64,000 nucleotides of DNA from Candidatus Omnitrophota bacterium (GCA_040753015.1 JBFMHM010000002.1:193126-257125), one strand, 5' to 3'; counted from the first letter of the stretch, positions 52,121 to 63,300 are shown. Numbers and translations: made by a program. The notes: generated from the sequence alone by a model not told the origin.

Positions 52121-52423
52121 TTATCTAATCCGGCTGCTTATTTCAAGTAAAGTTTTAACAAGAAAAGTTTTTATAAATATTATTAAAAGAAAAGCGATTA
52201 TCGGTGAAATATCTATACCTATCCTAAAATTAAATGGAATCATTCTTCTGATAGGAGAAAGAATCGGCTCTGTGACTGCATTTAAAAACTGAACAATTGG
52301 GTTATAAGGATCAGGGCTGACCCAGCTAATTATAGCTCGTATTAAGATAAGCCAGTAGAGGATAGTCAAAACAATATCTAGAACATTGGCAAGAGCAATT
52401 AATAAATTAGATATTATAAACAT
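52121..52423 (-). CDS. YggT family membrane protein
   Basis: RAIISWV.PDPYNP, TEPILSPIRR, DISPI; ATG at 52423. Confidence 0.92.
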   Translation of the reverse strand: MFIISNLLIALANVLDIVLTILYWLILIRAIISWVSPDPYNPIVQFLNAVTEPILSPIRRMIPFNFRIGIDISPIIAFLLIIFIKTFLVKTLLEISSRIR

Positions 52424-52429
52424 ATTTAT

Positions 52430-52457
52430 ATTATACAATTATTTTAAAACAGGTCAA
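52430..52457 (-). promoter_or_regulatory. sigma70-type promoter of the yggT operon (predicted leaderless)
   Basis: TTGACC-16 nt-TATAAT ending 6 nt before ATG 52423. Confidence 0.55.
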
Positions 52458-52465
52458 AATATAAA

Positions 52466-53614
52466 TCAATTTAACTGCTGAAACTTATATTTAGGAATTA
52501 ATTTAAAAATTGGGTCGAAATTTTTAGGCTGCACAATAAAAAAAATTGGCTTCAGCAATAGATTAATAAAACTATTTAAGTGCCTGCCATAAATATACAA
52601 CGGTTTTAACCTGCCGGCAAGTTGTATTTTACCGTCATAACCAGTCTGCCCTGACTGATAGATACTCAAAGAATTTTTATAGCACCATTCAATATTTAAA
52701 AAGAAGCGGTTAAAAAACAAATGGTATTTATACAGATATTCATAATCAAGGCCTAAGAATTTATCAAGGAATACTCCATATTTAACAAAACAAAGGTTAA
52801 ATCCTACAATCTTACCGCCTATCTTGTAGATAAAGAATTTTACATCATCCTTCATATTTTCTTGTATTTTAATAAAAAAATCTTTGCTTAATTTTTCAAA
52901 ATGGATAGATGAGCGTTTAAATGTCTCTAGATACAATTCATAAATTCTTTCTAATTCATTATTATCAAGTGAATTCTTTACTTCAAGCTTTAATTCTGGC
53001 AAGTCCTTGAGTTTTTTAATCTTTCTTTTTAGATCATGGCGCTTACTAGAATTTAAGCTCTTAAAGAAATCATCTATAGACGCGCCGGCAAGCCTTTGAA
53101 TCACGCAAGGGTATGCGGCAACTCTGATAGCCCCATAATCCTTTAATATATCTAAATCTTTAAATTCTTCACCAAAATCTTTAAAACCAATTGATGAAGC
53201 ATTTATCTTTCTGGTAAAATTAACCATTTCTTTATAAATTAATTCTATAAGTTCCTGTTTTCTATGCAAAAAATTTTTATCAAAACCAATATAAGCATAA
53301 TCCAAAGCGGGCGAACCGCAAATCAAGGTCCTAAAACAAAAAAAATTATTAAAAACTAATCTTATTTTATTGATATAATTTTGGACATTTTCCGGAGCGA
53401 ACAAATCAAGTTTAAAATTGAGTAAAAACAAAGGCGCGATAGATATGATTTTTTGATTTTGTATAATAAGTAAGTAATAATATTTAAACGGCCCAATATC
53501 TGACTCTTCTAATGTCTTATAAAAACCTCTTGCCTCAACTTGACTCTCAAAAAGTTTGTCAAAAATATCAGAAGGAATTTCAGAAACTGAATTCACTATT
53601 TTTGCTATACACAT
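52466..53614 (-). CDS. FemAB-like / GNAT-fold acyltransferase, paralog 1
   Basis: IAPLF, GFKDF, SIDDFFKSL...RHDLKRK, DKFLGLDY, SGQTGYDGK. Confidence 0.75.
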   Translation of the reverse strand: MCIAKIVNSVSEIPSDIFDKLFESQVEARGFYKTLEESDIGPFKYYYLLIIQNQKIISIAPLFLLNFKLDLFAPENVQNYINKIRLVFNNFFCFRTLICGSPALDYAYIGFDKNFLHRKQELIELIYKEMVNFTRKINASSIGFKDFGEEFKDLDILKDYGAIRVAAYPCVIQRLAGASIDDFFKSLNSSKRHDLKRKIKKLKDLPELKLEVKNSLDNNELERIYELYLETFKRSSIHFEKLSKDFFIKIQENMKDDVKFFIYKIGGKIVGFNLCFVKYGVFLDKFLGLDYEYLYKYHLFFNRFFLNIEWCYKNSLSIYQSGQTGYDGKIQLAGRLKPLYIYGRHLNSFINLLLKPIFFIVQPKNFDPIFKLIPKYKFQQLN

Positions 53615-53677
53615 AATAAAATGTATTTTAGCATAAAAAGCTATTAAATTAATTTATATTTGTTATAATACCAAGTT

Positions 53678-54814
53678 ATGCCGAATTTAAATATAAACAT
53701 AACAGAAAATATTAATGATATCAACCCCCATATTTGGCAGAAATTGTTTGGATCTCACCCATTAAGGCAATATGGATACTACAAAAGCATTGAACAAACC
53801 CAATCTAAAAAATTTAAATTTTATTATATAAATTTTTTAAAAAATAATGAGCTTATTGCCATCGCTCCTTGTTTTATAATGAATTTTCCCATAGATTTCT
53901 CTTTAGATAAAAAATATAAAAGGATTACTAATTTTATTTCAAAAATATTCTATTATTTAATAAATATCCGCACGGTTTTTATCGGTATGCCAATGTCTTG
54001 CCAATGCGATATAGCATTTAACCCAGAATTTCAAGACAAAAATATAGTCCTTCAAGAAATTATCCCGGCTATGAAGGCTATTGCCAAAAAAGAAAATGCC
54101 TGGATGATCGCATTTAAAGATTTTCCTCGCCAATATCAATCATTTTTAAAAAACCAAAATTTTATGGAAATTGAAACTTATCCAAATGCACGGCTGGATA
54201 TAAATTTTGATTCTTTTGAAGATTACCTAAAGACATTATCTTACGCAACAAGGTATGACTTGCGCAGAAAAATGAAAACCTATGCAGGCCTTAAACCATT
54301 AACCCTAGAGATAAAAAAAGACTGCTCTGAATGCATAGATAGAATTTACCAATTATATATAAATACGGTAAATAAAAATGAGCTACACTTTGATGTAGCT
54401 AAGAAAGATTATTTTTTAAATATTGCAAAGAATATGCCTGAAGAAATCATGTATTTTATCTGGAAGCTGGATGATAAAATTGTTGCTTTCAACCAGTGTT
54501 TCTATAAAAACGATATAATGGTTGGCGATTTTATTGGTTTTGATTATAATATAGTTTATAAGTATAATCTTTACTTTGTAATATTCAGAGATAAAATAGA
54601 ATGGTGCATTAAAAATAAAATTAAAGTCCTCGATGAAGGCACATTTACGCTAGAACTAAAAAAGCGGCTAAAATTTAAATTTTATAATAATTATTTTTAT
54701 ATGAAACCTAACTTTAAATTATTTGAACCGATAGCAAGAATAATTACGCCATTTTTCGCACCATCTGATCAGGATAAACAATTAAAAATATTAAAAAGAT
54801 TTAAAAAAATATGA
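53678..54814 (+). CDS. FemAB-like / GNAT-fold acyltransferase, paralog 2
   Basis: IAPCF, AFKDF, SFEDYLKTL...RYDLRRK, IGFDY; colinear with paralog 1. Confidence 0.75.
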   Translation: MPNLNINITENINDINPHIWQKLFGSHPLRQYGYYKSIEQTQSKKFKFYYINFLKNNELIAIAPCFIMNFPIDFSLDKKYKRITNFISKIFYYLINIRTVFIGMPMSCQCDIAFNPEFQDKNIVLQEIIPAMKAIAKKENAWMIAFKDFPRQYQSFLKNQNFMEIETYPNARLDINFDSFEDYLKTLSYATRYDLRRKMKTYAGLKPLTLEIKKDCSECIDRIYQLYINTVNKNELHFDVAKKDYFLNIAKNMPEEIMYFIWKLDDKIVAFNQCFYKNDIMVGDFIGFDYNIVYKYNLYFVIFRDKIEWCIKNKIKVLDEGTFTLELKKRLKFKFYNNYFYMKPNFKLFEPIARIITPFFAPSDQDKQLKILKRFKKI

Positions 54815-55215
54815 ATCGTGCTAAACATCTAACGCTAAAAATATTTTCTTTAATCGTATTGACTGATTTAATAGAAAGCTCGTCACAGTTTTTCCTAAAA
54901 AAGGGTACAATTAATTTTCCGAGTATGAGCCTAAGCAATCTATCTGAATATATACTTTTTATAAAATCGATGATCAATTCCCATTTTATTTGGCTAGGAT
55001 TTTTAATGATAACTATAAACTTCTTTTTATGGATGGTAGTATTAAATAAGGTTGATTTAAGTGTGGCATTTCCTGCTGGAAGCGCATCATTTTTATTCGT
55101 GCCTATAGCTGCTATATTTTTCTTAGGAGAACATATTGGAATCCTACGTTGGCTGGGAATGATTTTAATTATTGGCGGTGTTATATTAATTTCAAAAAGC
55201 AGTTATGATAGTTAA
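54811..55215 (+). CDS. Small DMT/EamA (ArnE/ArnF-like) membrane protein
   Basis: Four TMs, QFFLKKG, WMVVL..VDLSVAFP, FLGE.I...RW.G. Confidence 0.8.
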   Translation: MNRAKHLTLKIFSLIVLTDLIESSSQFFLKKGTINFPSMSLSNLSEYILFIKSMINSHFIWLGFLMITINFFLWMVVLNKVDLSVAFPAGSASFLFVPIAAIFFLGEHIGILRWLGMILIIGGVILISKSSYDS

Positions 55216-55582
55216 AATTTATATATTCATATTCTTATCTGCAATTGTCAGTGCATTCGCACAAGTATGTTTCAAAAATGTGGCTGATAGATTTGAGAAT
55301 GTCGGCATACATAATCAATTCCAATTCTATAAGCAGATATTGTTAAGAAAAACTACCTGGCTTGGATTTTTATTTGTATTTTTGGATATTTTTACCTGGA
55401 CAGTAGTATTAAATTTTACCGAGCTTAGTTTCGCCTTCCCTTTCTGCAGTTTGAATTATATAATCGTTTTAGGGACATCCAAATTTGTCCTAAAAGAAAA
55501 AGTTTCCTTAAAAAGGTTATTAGGCACGCTTCTAATTATGGCGGGAATTATCCTCGTCGGCCTAACCCACAACAGCCACTAA
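55205..55582 (+). CDS. Small DMT/EamA (ArnE/ArnF-like) membrane protein
   Basis: AQVCFK, WTVVL...ELSFAFP..SLNY, LKEKV. Confidence 0.8.
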   Translation: MIVKIYIFIFLSAIVSAFAQVCFKNVADRFENVGIHNQFQFYKQILLRKTTWLGFLFVFLDIFTWTVVLNFTELSFAFPFCSLNYIIVLGTSKFVLKEKVSLKRLLGTLLIMAGIILVGLTHNSH

Positions 55583-55631
55583 TTTTTTCGTTAGGCTAAA
55601 CTCATATTTCAACTATATGAAATTGTATACC

Positions 55632-56486
55632 TTATATCTTCTCTAAAATCACATTAAATCGTTCAAAGACTTTATCCAAGTTGAAACTCTCACCTATCCT
55701 AATAACTGGTATCAATTCTGTTTCCGTCTGTTTGCGAAGTAAATATAAAGTTTCTTGATCTAAGCCAAAGTTTTTGTTGTAATTACCATTATAATTCTCA
55801 TCTTCGAGTTTCTTCTTAAAAATACCAAGAAAATGCTTATCATTAAAATCAAACTTAGCCTCCGATATAAACCACAAATCATAGTAATCACGGATTGCCA
55901 CATCTCTTCTTGTAATTGCAGCTTTAAGCTTCTCTGCAACAGCCTCATTCAACGAAAGCGACAATATCTTATTTTGGGGTATCAAATTCTCGCCTGTAAA
56001 AGGATCTTTGTAAAAATGCGTAACTATATTATGCACGGGCTTATCAATAGGGGTTTGCCTAAGCGATATCTCTAATTTAATATTTTCGTCCTTGCCGGTA
56101 ATAAATGACGGATATGATATATAAAACACATATTGCGTAGAATTATTAAATCCCTTTCCCTGCGGTATTTCGCTTTTTAAATCTAATAGCTTCAACAATC
56201 CTGGCATCTTTTTCCTTATAGGCGTAATCGCACGGGACCGCTTAGAACGAATTTCAAGGCTATCTGGACTGTAGTATGTAAAATCGATATCCTCGCTTAA
56301 CCTATGATAGTTAAGATGGATCTTATTTAAAAGCGTACCGCCTTTAAAAACTATTTTTTCGCTCAGATGAGATTCAATAGAATTCAAAATAAGCGTCAAA
56401 TAATAATCCTTTTCAACCATCTCAAGCCGAAATTTATGTTTCTGCGCGATGACAGGAATTATTTGTTCTAGTCTTACTTTATCCAT
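55632..56486 (-). CDS. AbiEii-family nucleotidyltransferase toxin (type IV TA)
   Basis: VEKDY, FKGGTLL, RLSEDIDF, AEKLKA, RDYYD. Confidence 0.9.
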   Translation of the reverse strand: MDKVRLEQIIPVIAQKHKFRLEMVEKDYYLTLILNSIESHLSEKIVFKGGTLLNKIHLNYHRLSEDIDFTYYSPDSLEIRSKRSRAITPIRKKMPGLLKLLDLKSEIPQGKGFNNSTQYVFYISYPSFITGKDENIKLEISLRQTPIDKPVHNIVTHFYKDPFTGENLIPQNKILSLSLNEAVAEKLKAAITRRDVAIRDYYDLWFISEAKFDFNDKHFLGIFKKKLEDENYNGNYNKNFGLDQETLYLLRKQTETELIPVIRIGESFNLDKVFERFNVILEKI

Positions 56487-57252
56487 TAATAATTATTCTC
56501 CAGGTATTATTAATCTCGCCTTTATTTGACACACTATTATACAAAGGAGTATATCCTTTTTCTCCTACGTCAATCTTGCTCAATAACTTTTTATCAGCTC
56601 CTAGTTTTTCCAAGAAAAAACCCGCGCGCCTGCGAACCCTTAAGACGGGGTATTTAGTTAGATATTCAACGAATAACGATATATTAAGTTTAGTGAGCTG
56701 ATCTTTCAAAATGATAAAAGCTTTTCTTATATCATAAAATTCAAAAACATCTATCATCGCGCGTTCTTTTGTCGGAAAAACAACCTCCTCACTCTTTATT
56801 TTGCGTGTTTCCAAGCCAAAAAACCGGTTGGGCAATACCTTAATCAATTTATATCTAACGCCCAGAAATGTCTTACGTATTGAATACCTGTCATTAACTA
56901 CTTGAATCATCTGGGCAATTTGATCAGTAAAACCGTAGGAATTAAAAACAGTGGCGTAACCGATATAATAATTGGCTTTTCTTGCTAAAGCCTTCGCGAT
57001 TAAATATTCATTCCCTGCCCAAAGGCCACTAGGAGCCTTCATTGGAATAAAAAGATAGATGTTCTTAATAATTTTCTTTAATCTGCCTTTTTCTAACAGC
57101 TTCTTTATTAAGTATGCCGCCAGCTTTTTATTCTTACAAAAAAAGATAATTTCCTGCTTGGTATAAATCTCTTTTCCATAGAACTCTAACCGCGTTATTA
57201 GTTCCACTTCCTTGGTAGAAAGTGTCTTTTGTATCGTTATTTTTCTTTTCAC
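56479..57252 (-). CDS. AbiEi-family antitoxin / winged-helix regulator
   Basis: wHTH (LLEKGRLKKI), YYIGYAT..NSYGFTDQI, ERAMID; overlaps the toxin gene. Confidence 0.83.
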   Translation of the reverse strand: MKRKITIQKTLSTKEVELITRLEFYGKEIYTKQEIIFFCKNKKLAAYLIKKLLEKGRLKKIIKNIYLFIPMKAPSGLWAGNEYLIAKALARKANYYIGYATVFNSYGFTDQIAQMIQVVNDRYSIRKTFLGVRYKLIKVLPNRFFGLETRKIKSEEVVFPTKERAMIDVFEFYDIRKAFIILKDQLTKLNISLFVEYLTKYPVLRVRRRAGFFLEKLGADKKLLSKIDVGEKGYTPLYNSVSNKGEINNTWRIIING

Positions 57253-57290
57253 ATTTAACCCCTTTGAGTGCTTTTTGATGAATAGAAGAT

Positions 57291-57319
57291 AATATACTCT
57301 GTTGTTACATCCTTGTCAA
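57291..57319 (-). promoter_or_regulatory. Promoter of the AbiE operon
   Basis: TTGACA-17 nt-TATATT; AAGGGG SD before the GTG start. Confidence 0.65.
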
Positions 57320-57361
57320 TAAAAATCTATATCCATAAATAGAAAATGCAGATTAATATAA

Positions 57362-60300
57362 CTATGAAACGAGGGTAATTTGAATTAGTGATAAATCAAT
57401 GCCGCCGTGAGCGGCTTCTGTAGGGGCAGGCTCCTGTGTCCGCCCAGAAGGCCTAGGATATTGCATAGCTAATTCTCCTATATCTTCTATGGTTATATTT
57501 GGCGAAAGATTTGCGCTTTGGGTCAATGCCAAAGCCCGGTTAGCCAGCCAATGAAAACCTCTTACTCTATGATTAGGCAATAGTTGCGCAAGGCCTAAGC
57601 GCAAATCATCATCTAGCCCAATGCAATATAAGTCTTGCCCGCGTATTTGCGCAAATTCATGCCCAAACTCTGTTAATCTTTCGGAATCAATAATATTCGA
57701 TGAACCAGTAATACTTTTAGTTCTTTGGCTGTATCTTTGGTTTTCCGCATCATCATAAAATTCAAGATTTATTTGAGTTGTGTCTTGGCCTGCAAAACTA
57801 GCCCGCGCCTTATTCCATCGAGCCAAAACCCGAGGTATAATTACTTTGGCTAAACCCATTAAATTTAAACTAGTCTTATGCGGCAAAGTTACCTTTTCTG
57901 AAACAATACTGCCGTCAGGCAGGACAAATATTAATCTATTTAAACAGTAATGATAATTACTTCTACCAACACATCTATTTTTAAATTGCACTAATATTGA
58001 GTTTATAAAAGAGTGTATCCAAGGCTCAAAATTATCTTGGCTGCCTAAAGAACGAAAATCTAAAAGTAAGCTTATACCGTCTTCGTATTCTTCTTGATAC
58101 TCTTTGACGGCTGGTGGTTTATCCGGGCTTTGCCTGGCTGTTTTTTTCCAGTCAATGTCTCTTGGTGAATCGCCGTATTGATAGTGTCTTGACTGATGAT
58201 ATTCGCTGCCTCGGCCAGATCTTCTGCCGCTTTTGCCGCTGAGCCGTAAATGTCCATTTGTCACCGGAGGAATAACCTTTGTTCCTCTCGATAAACCTTG
58301 TTCTATTTTTTGCGCAAGGCTTAAGCTATCACCTACGCTTACCAAAGAACCAGATTGAGCGCGTTGTTGACTTTGGCTGTCAAAACTTTTAATTATCGCT
58401 TCAAGCCGGCTATAAGCTTGTTTTGGTGCAGTAATATCTCCACTGCTAATTTCTTCAACAAGGCTGCGAATTTGTTTATTCATTTTTTGCCTTTGACGAT
58501 GTTCTAACTTACTGCGCACAAGTAAAAGGCTAACTGCAGGAATTAAACTTAAAAGCCGTCTTGCTAATTTTGGGTTTGCTTCTTTGGGAGACTCTAAAGC
58601 AATTGCTCGTACGCAATCAAATATTACTCTTTCTCTGCCTTGTAACCGTTTACGCAAATTTTCAATACGGCCTTGCTCCTCGTTACTTAATTCTTTATTA
58701 GCCAACATTAATTCTGCAAGCAGCTTTCTTGCATTACCTAACTCACCGCCAAACCAAGGGTTATCCTGCCAAATTTTATTAATTACATCATTTGCGCTAG
58801 CACCCAAAATTAAATCTTTACGCCTTAGATAATCTGACATAAAACTTAAGGCAAAATGCAGCAAGCCAATAAGAAATAGTAAAAATAGGCCGTCTTGGTT
58901 TGCCTCTTTCCAAAATTCAACCCATAAAGAATCAATAGTTTTTTGGCCAGAAAATTCTGGCCCTAAAATTTCGTTTAGTTTATCATTAATTGCTTGCCAT
59001 TCTCTTAGGCTAGCCTCTTTATTTGCCGCTTCTACTGGACTAAGCGAACGAATTTTGCAAGCCTCTGCGTTTGCTTGTAAAAGCTTTATTGCTTTAAATA
59101 ATGTATCGGAGCGCGTATCAGCGCTTAACTCAACATCAAACGCAAAGCCGCTAGAACCCGTCCTTGTTTCTAAATATCTATGCAAACCCTGGAATATTCT
59201 CTCCAAATCACCTTGGCTTAAATTTGCATCAGGGCTGTCTAGGCCAACGACAAAAAGTTTTCTCTCTGCTTCTTTAAGCGCGTCTTCATATGGCCCAACA
59301 TTCCCAGTTTGAGGAACAAGTGAATTTAATTGCTCAATTGCTTTTCTTGCCTCTTGGTTATAATAATAGGCAGGATAAACACTTGTGGTTATACCAAACT
59401 TTTCTCTTTGGCTTGCCTCATAAACATCAAACATCTCTCGAATTTTTTCCTGGCCTAAACGATGTAAAATTGTTTTTGATCTTTCGCTATTTATAGTAAC
59501 TAGTTGAATTAAAATTTCAAGGCCTATCCTATGCTTACTAAAAAAATGTATCAAGTTTACTATTTCGTCATTTGTTAAAGCACCATTTACAGCATCTACA
59601 AAAAACTCAAGATTTCTATCAATTATCTCCACTGTGCGGTCAAAATCAAAATATTTTAAATTATCACTTTTAAGCATATCTTTTAAAATAAAAACGATAT
59701 AAGCGCTGCTTGCCTCGTCTTCTCCTAATTTCTCTTTTAAAATTTTATCAAGATTTTCCCATCTTAAATCAAAACGATCTTTCCTAATATCAGTTTCAAA
59801 GTTATCCACAACGCCATACCTACCTGCAACTGCCTGGCGAAAATTATGCCAGTGGCCCTCTCCTGCTACCATGCTCGTAGATTCGCCATTACTATGATAG
59901 CTAATACGTTCAATCCATTCCCTCTTTGCCTGATAGCTTTTTGCATCCATGTTCCCATTAAAACTATTATCGGCCAAAGGCCCAAAAAATCGATAACTTT
60001 GATTTGCTTGGCCTTCATTTTCAACAGTAGCCGCAATCCATTTATCTTTATTGAAAAATTTAAAAAATACTAATTTATTGCTCGCAAAAATAACAGCAAG
60101 ATTAGATACGCCTTCAAAAATAGATATGCCTAAATCATTAATACCGTTTTTATCAATTTTTAGAATTCTCATACTAGTATATGGTATTTGGACAACTTTA
60201 TTAGAAATACGTATTTCTTCTCCAACTATAGCAACTAACTTGCCTTGTTCAGTAGAAATTTGCACACTTTTATAACTATCGGTTGGCTCTTTAACAGATG

Positions 60301-63300
60301 GCCCAAACAATTGATAGCCGCCACCAAGAATTGGCGATAAAACAGCAAGCCAAGTGCCGTCAGCGACAGCATATACCTCTAAGTACTCACTATATTCTGC
60401 ATTAATGTATGAACCGGCAGCAGGGCCGATTAATTTATATTTACCATTACCAAGTTCAATAGCAGCAACCCATGTTTCATCAGGAAAAACAAATAATGAG
60501 GTGATCTCTTTATATCTTGCTTCTGTTAATTTAACTTTTTCTGCAATTAAGCCAACAAAGCTATATTCAGGATTAGGATCATTATCGCTTATTCGATGTT
60601 CAACTACAGCCAACCATCCACCGCTAGGTGTAATTCTAATATCTTTAATTCCGCTAAATCTCTGATCACTAAGTCCTGCTTTTTCTGCCAAAGGCCCGAT
60701 AAAGCCCAGCCTATTGAATTGATATTCTTTGCCCTCATTATATCTAACTACAGCCAGCCAATTATCCGGCATTGCACTAGAATATAATGCTATATTTAAA
60801 AACCCTTGTCCGCGGTATTGCTCGGTACCTTCGCCAAATAAATAAACTTTATTATCGCTTTTTACGGCAACTCTACCTTGATTATAGGTATGTATCTTTG
60901 TTTGTTCTCCAATTTTAATCTTTCTTCCTGTAATCAAGTCAACCACATAACCATCTTCTATAACTAAATCATTTAATACAGCATTCCTTCCGGAATGAGG
61001 AATATCATAGGGCTCAAACAATTCCCAACATTCTTCTCCCGAATCATCTCCGGACAATAATTTCTCAGATGATGGAACAAAACTAGATGGGACAAAATCA
61101 TCGGATAAAAATAATGTTTGCGTTGGTTTTTTTTCGTTTTTAAAATTATTAATAAATTTCATCACAACTTGTTTTGCTTCAGTTGTATCAATATCGGGAA
61201 ATTGCCTTTCTACCTCAGCAATAACTCCAAACAAATAATTGCCAAATGCCATAAGCTGGTATTTATCTTTAATATTGGTTAGCGCTAAAGGAATGTTTGT
61301 TTCAATTAGGCGCAATGCCTGCTCTCTGGTCAATTTAGTAGTATGTAAAATTCTAAGCCTCTTTGAATAAAAAGCATTCAGCAGCTTATAATATTTTTCT
61401 TTTGGCATATTAACCCCATTAGCCCGATCTTTTTCAATTTCAAACTCAAGCTCAAGGCCTTCTAAGATAGCAGCTAAATTTATTTTAATTTGTTCAGCGC
61501 GTGCCTTGATAAAATCAAATTCCTTTTGCCAATCCTCATCAGTTACACCTTGCTTTCCGTATAGAGGCGATGCATTCTCGCTAAAGGCTACTGACTCACC
61601 AACTCCTTCTTCTGTCCAAATCCAAGAATGCCTTATACCATTCACATTACCAGATGGTTCTGATCTATAGCCTGAATGTACCTCAGCCTTAATATCCAAC
61701 TCGCTTAATAAAATCGCATCGACAACTGCGAAACCATCGCATTGCATAGCATAATTTTCAAACATACTTTTTAATGCATTACCAGCTGGTTTTAGATTTG
61801 GGTTAGTCGAATAATAAAACAATTTCAATATTTTTTCTTTGACCTTTTTTCTTTGCTCAAGCGGTAATGATTTTGCTTTTTCTAAAATTCTCTTAATTTC
61901 CGGCGGTAAGCTATCACCAACATTATTTCCGACGATCTCAAAAGGTTTTATCTCTGGTAATTCGCCTGTTTGAGCCTTACGCACGCCAATTCTTACTGCG
62001 CCGGTATCAGCACTTGTATGTAAGTGCCATATTTTATTTGCGCGGTCAAAATAAACTCTTACATCATCAACTTTATTCTCGGTTTGTATATCAGCAATAA
62101 CATAACCTGAAGGAACCAATAACCTATTTGGTTGAGGAGACATAACAACCCATTTTTCCGCTTTACCGCTCAATCGCCAGTGAATTACATCTGGGGAACT
62201 GGGAATTTTTACTCCTAAAATAGGGTCTATTTTAGAAAAACTTACCTGTAAAAGATATTCCATACCTCCGCCTTCAACTTGAGCAAAAACATCCCCTGAG
62301 ATATCTTGATTAGCTGATCCCATGCCAATATTTTCTGGTGATAAATTCTTAGTTAATTCTTGAGGAACAACTTTTTTATCTTTTAGTTCTAGCTGAGTAA
62401 CATCTGTTGTTTTTGAATCTAAAGGCTCAACTTTATGCCAGGTTTTTGGTTTAGGTACTTCTTGGGTTTGTGGAACTATTAGCTCATAAGGCTTTACTTG
62501 TGCCTGCAATTCTTGAAAACCCTTATCACGCTCTTGCCTTAATTGTTCTTCTTCTACGCGTAATTGCTTAAGCTTCTCCCTCTTTTCTTTAAGCTCTCTT
62601 TGTTTTTCTTCCTCTTCGACTTTGTCTAAATCTTTTGCTTGTGCCAAAATAAAATTAAAATTTGTTAATTCAGCGATTAATTTATCGCTATCTTGTTTAG
62701 AATCATCTTCTTCTTGGCTTATGGTGGTTTGTTGTAGAGACGCATTGCTATGCGTCTCTACTTGAGTAATTATATTTTTTTGCACATCATTAGAATCAGA
62801 AATTGCATTTACCACTCCAAACAAAGAGCCTGCACCTAAAAATGCGGCTAAGGTAAAAACCAACCCTCGACGAACAGAATACCGCCTTTGTATACGCCGA
62901 AAGTCTCTACCTACATTATGCTCTATTGCACCTTGAGCGCGGGGAGTTTGCCTTATTACACTGGTTACAGGTACGCCATATTGGCCTGGCTTAAGCATAG
63001 CACCTTCAGCTAATATATCAGCCTGTTGCCTGACTGCGGCATTTCTTAAGCTTTTGTCGCCGGTTGAACTTTCAAATCCAAACGCTATAGCTTGTTCCAA
63101 TGCAGCTCGTTCTTCTGAATTTGGTTCTGCGCCGGTAAAAACTTCTGAATGCGTAACCCGCTCAAACAAATCTTTAAGATGCCATAAACTTTGCGTTCGG
63201 TTAACATTTAAACGTTCTTTAACAAACTTATTTAGCGCTTCTTTTTTACGCGCTTGACTAATTTCATCACTTGATAATTTAGCTATTTCTCCTTGGCGCT

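Noticed and set aside
61065-61100. FVPSS-FVPSS 15-bp tandem duplication in the giant ORF
   Set aside because: Two imperfect in-frame copies only; ordinary slippage.
1095-63257. Many 60-140 aa antisense or alternate-frame ORFs in the track
   Set aside because: They shadow well-supported genes and show no recognisable motifs.
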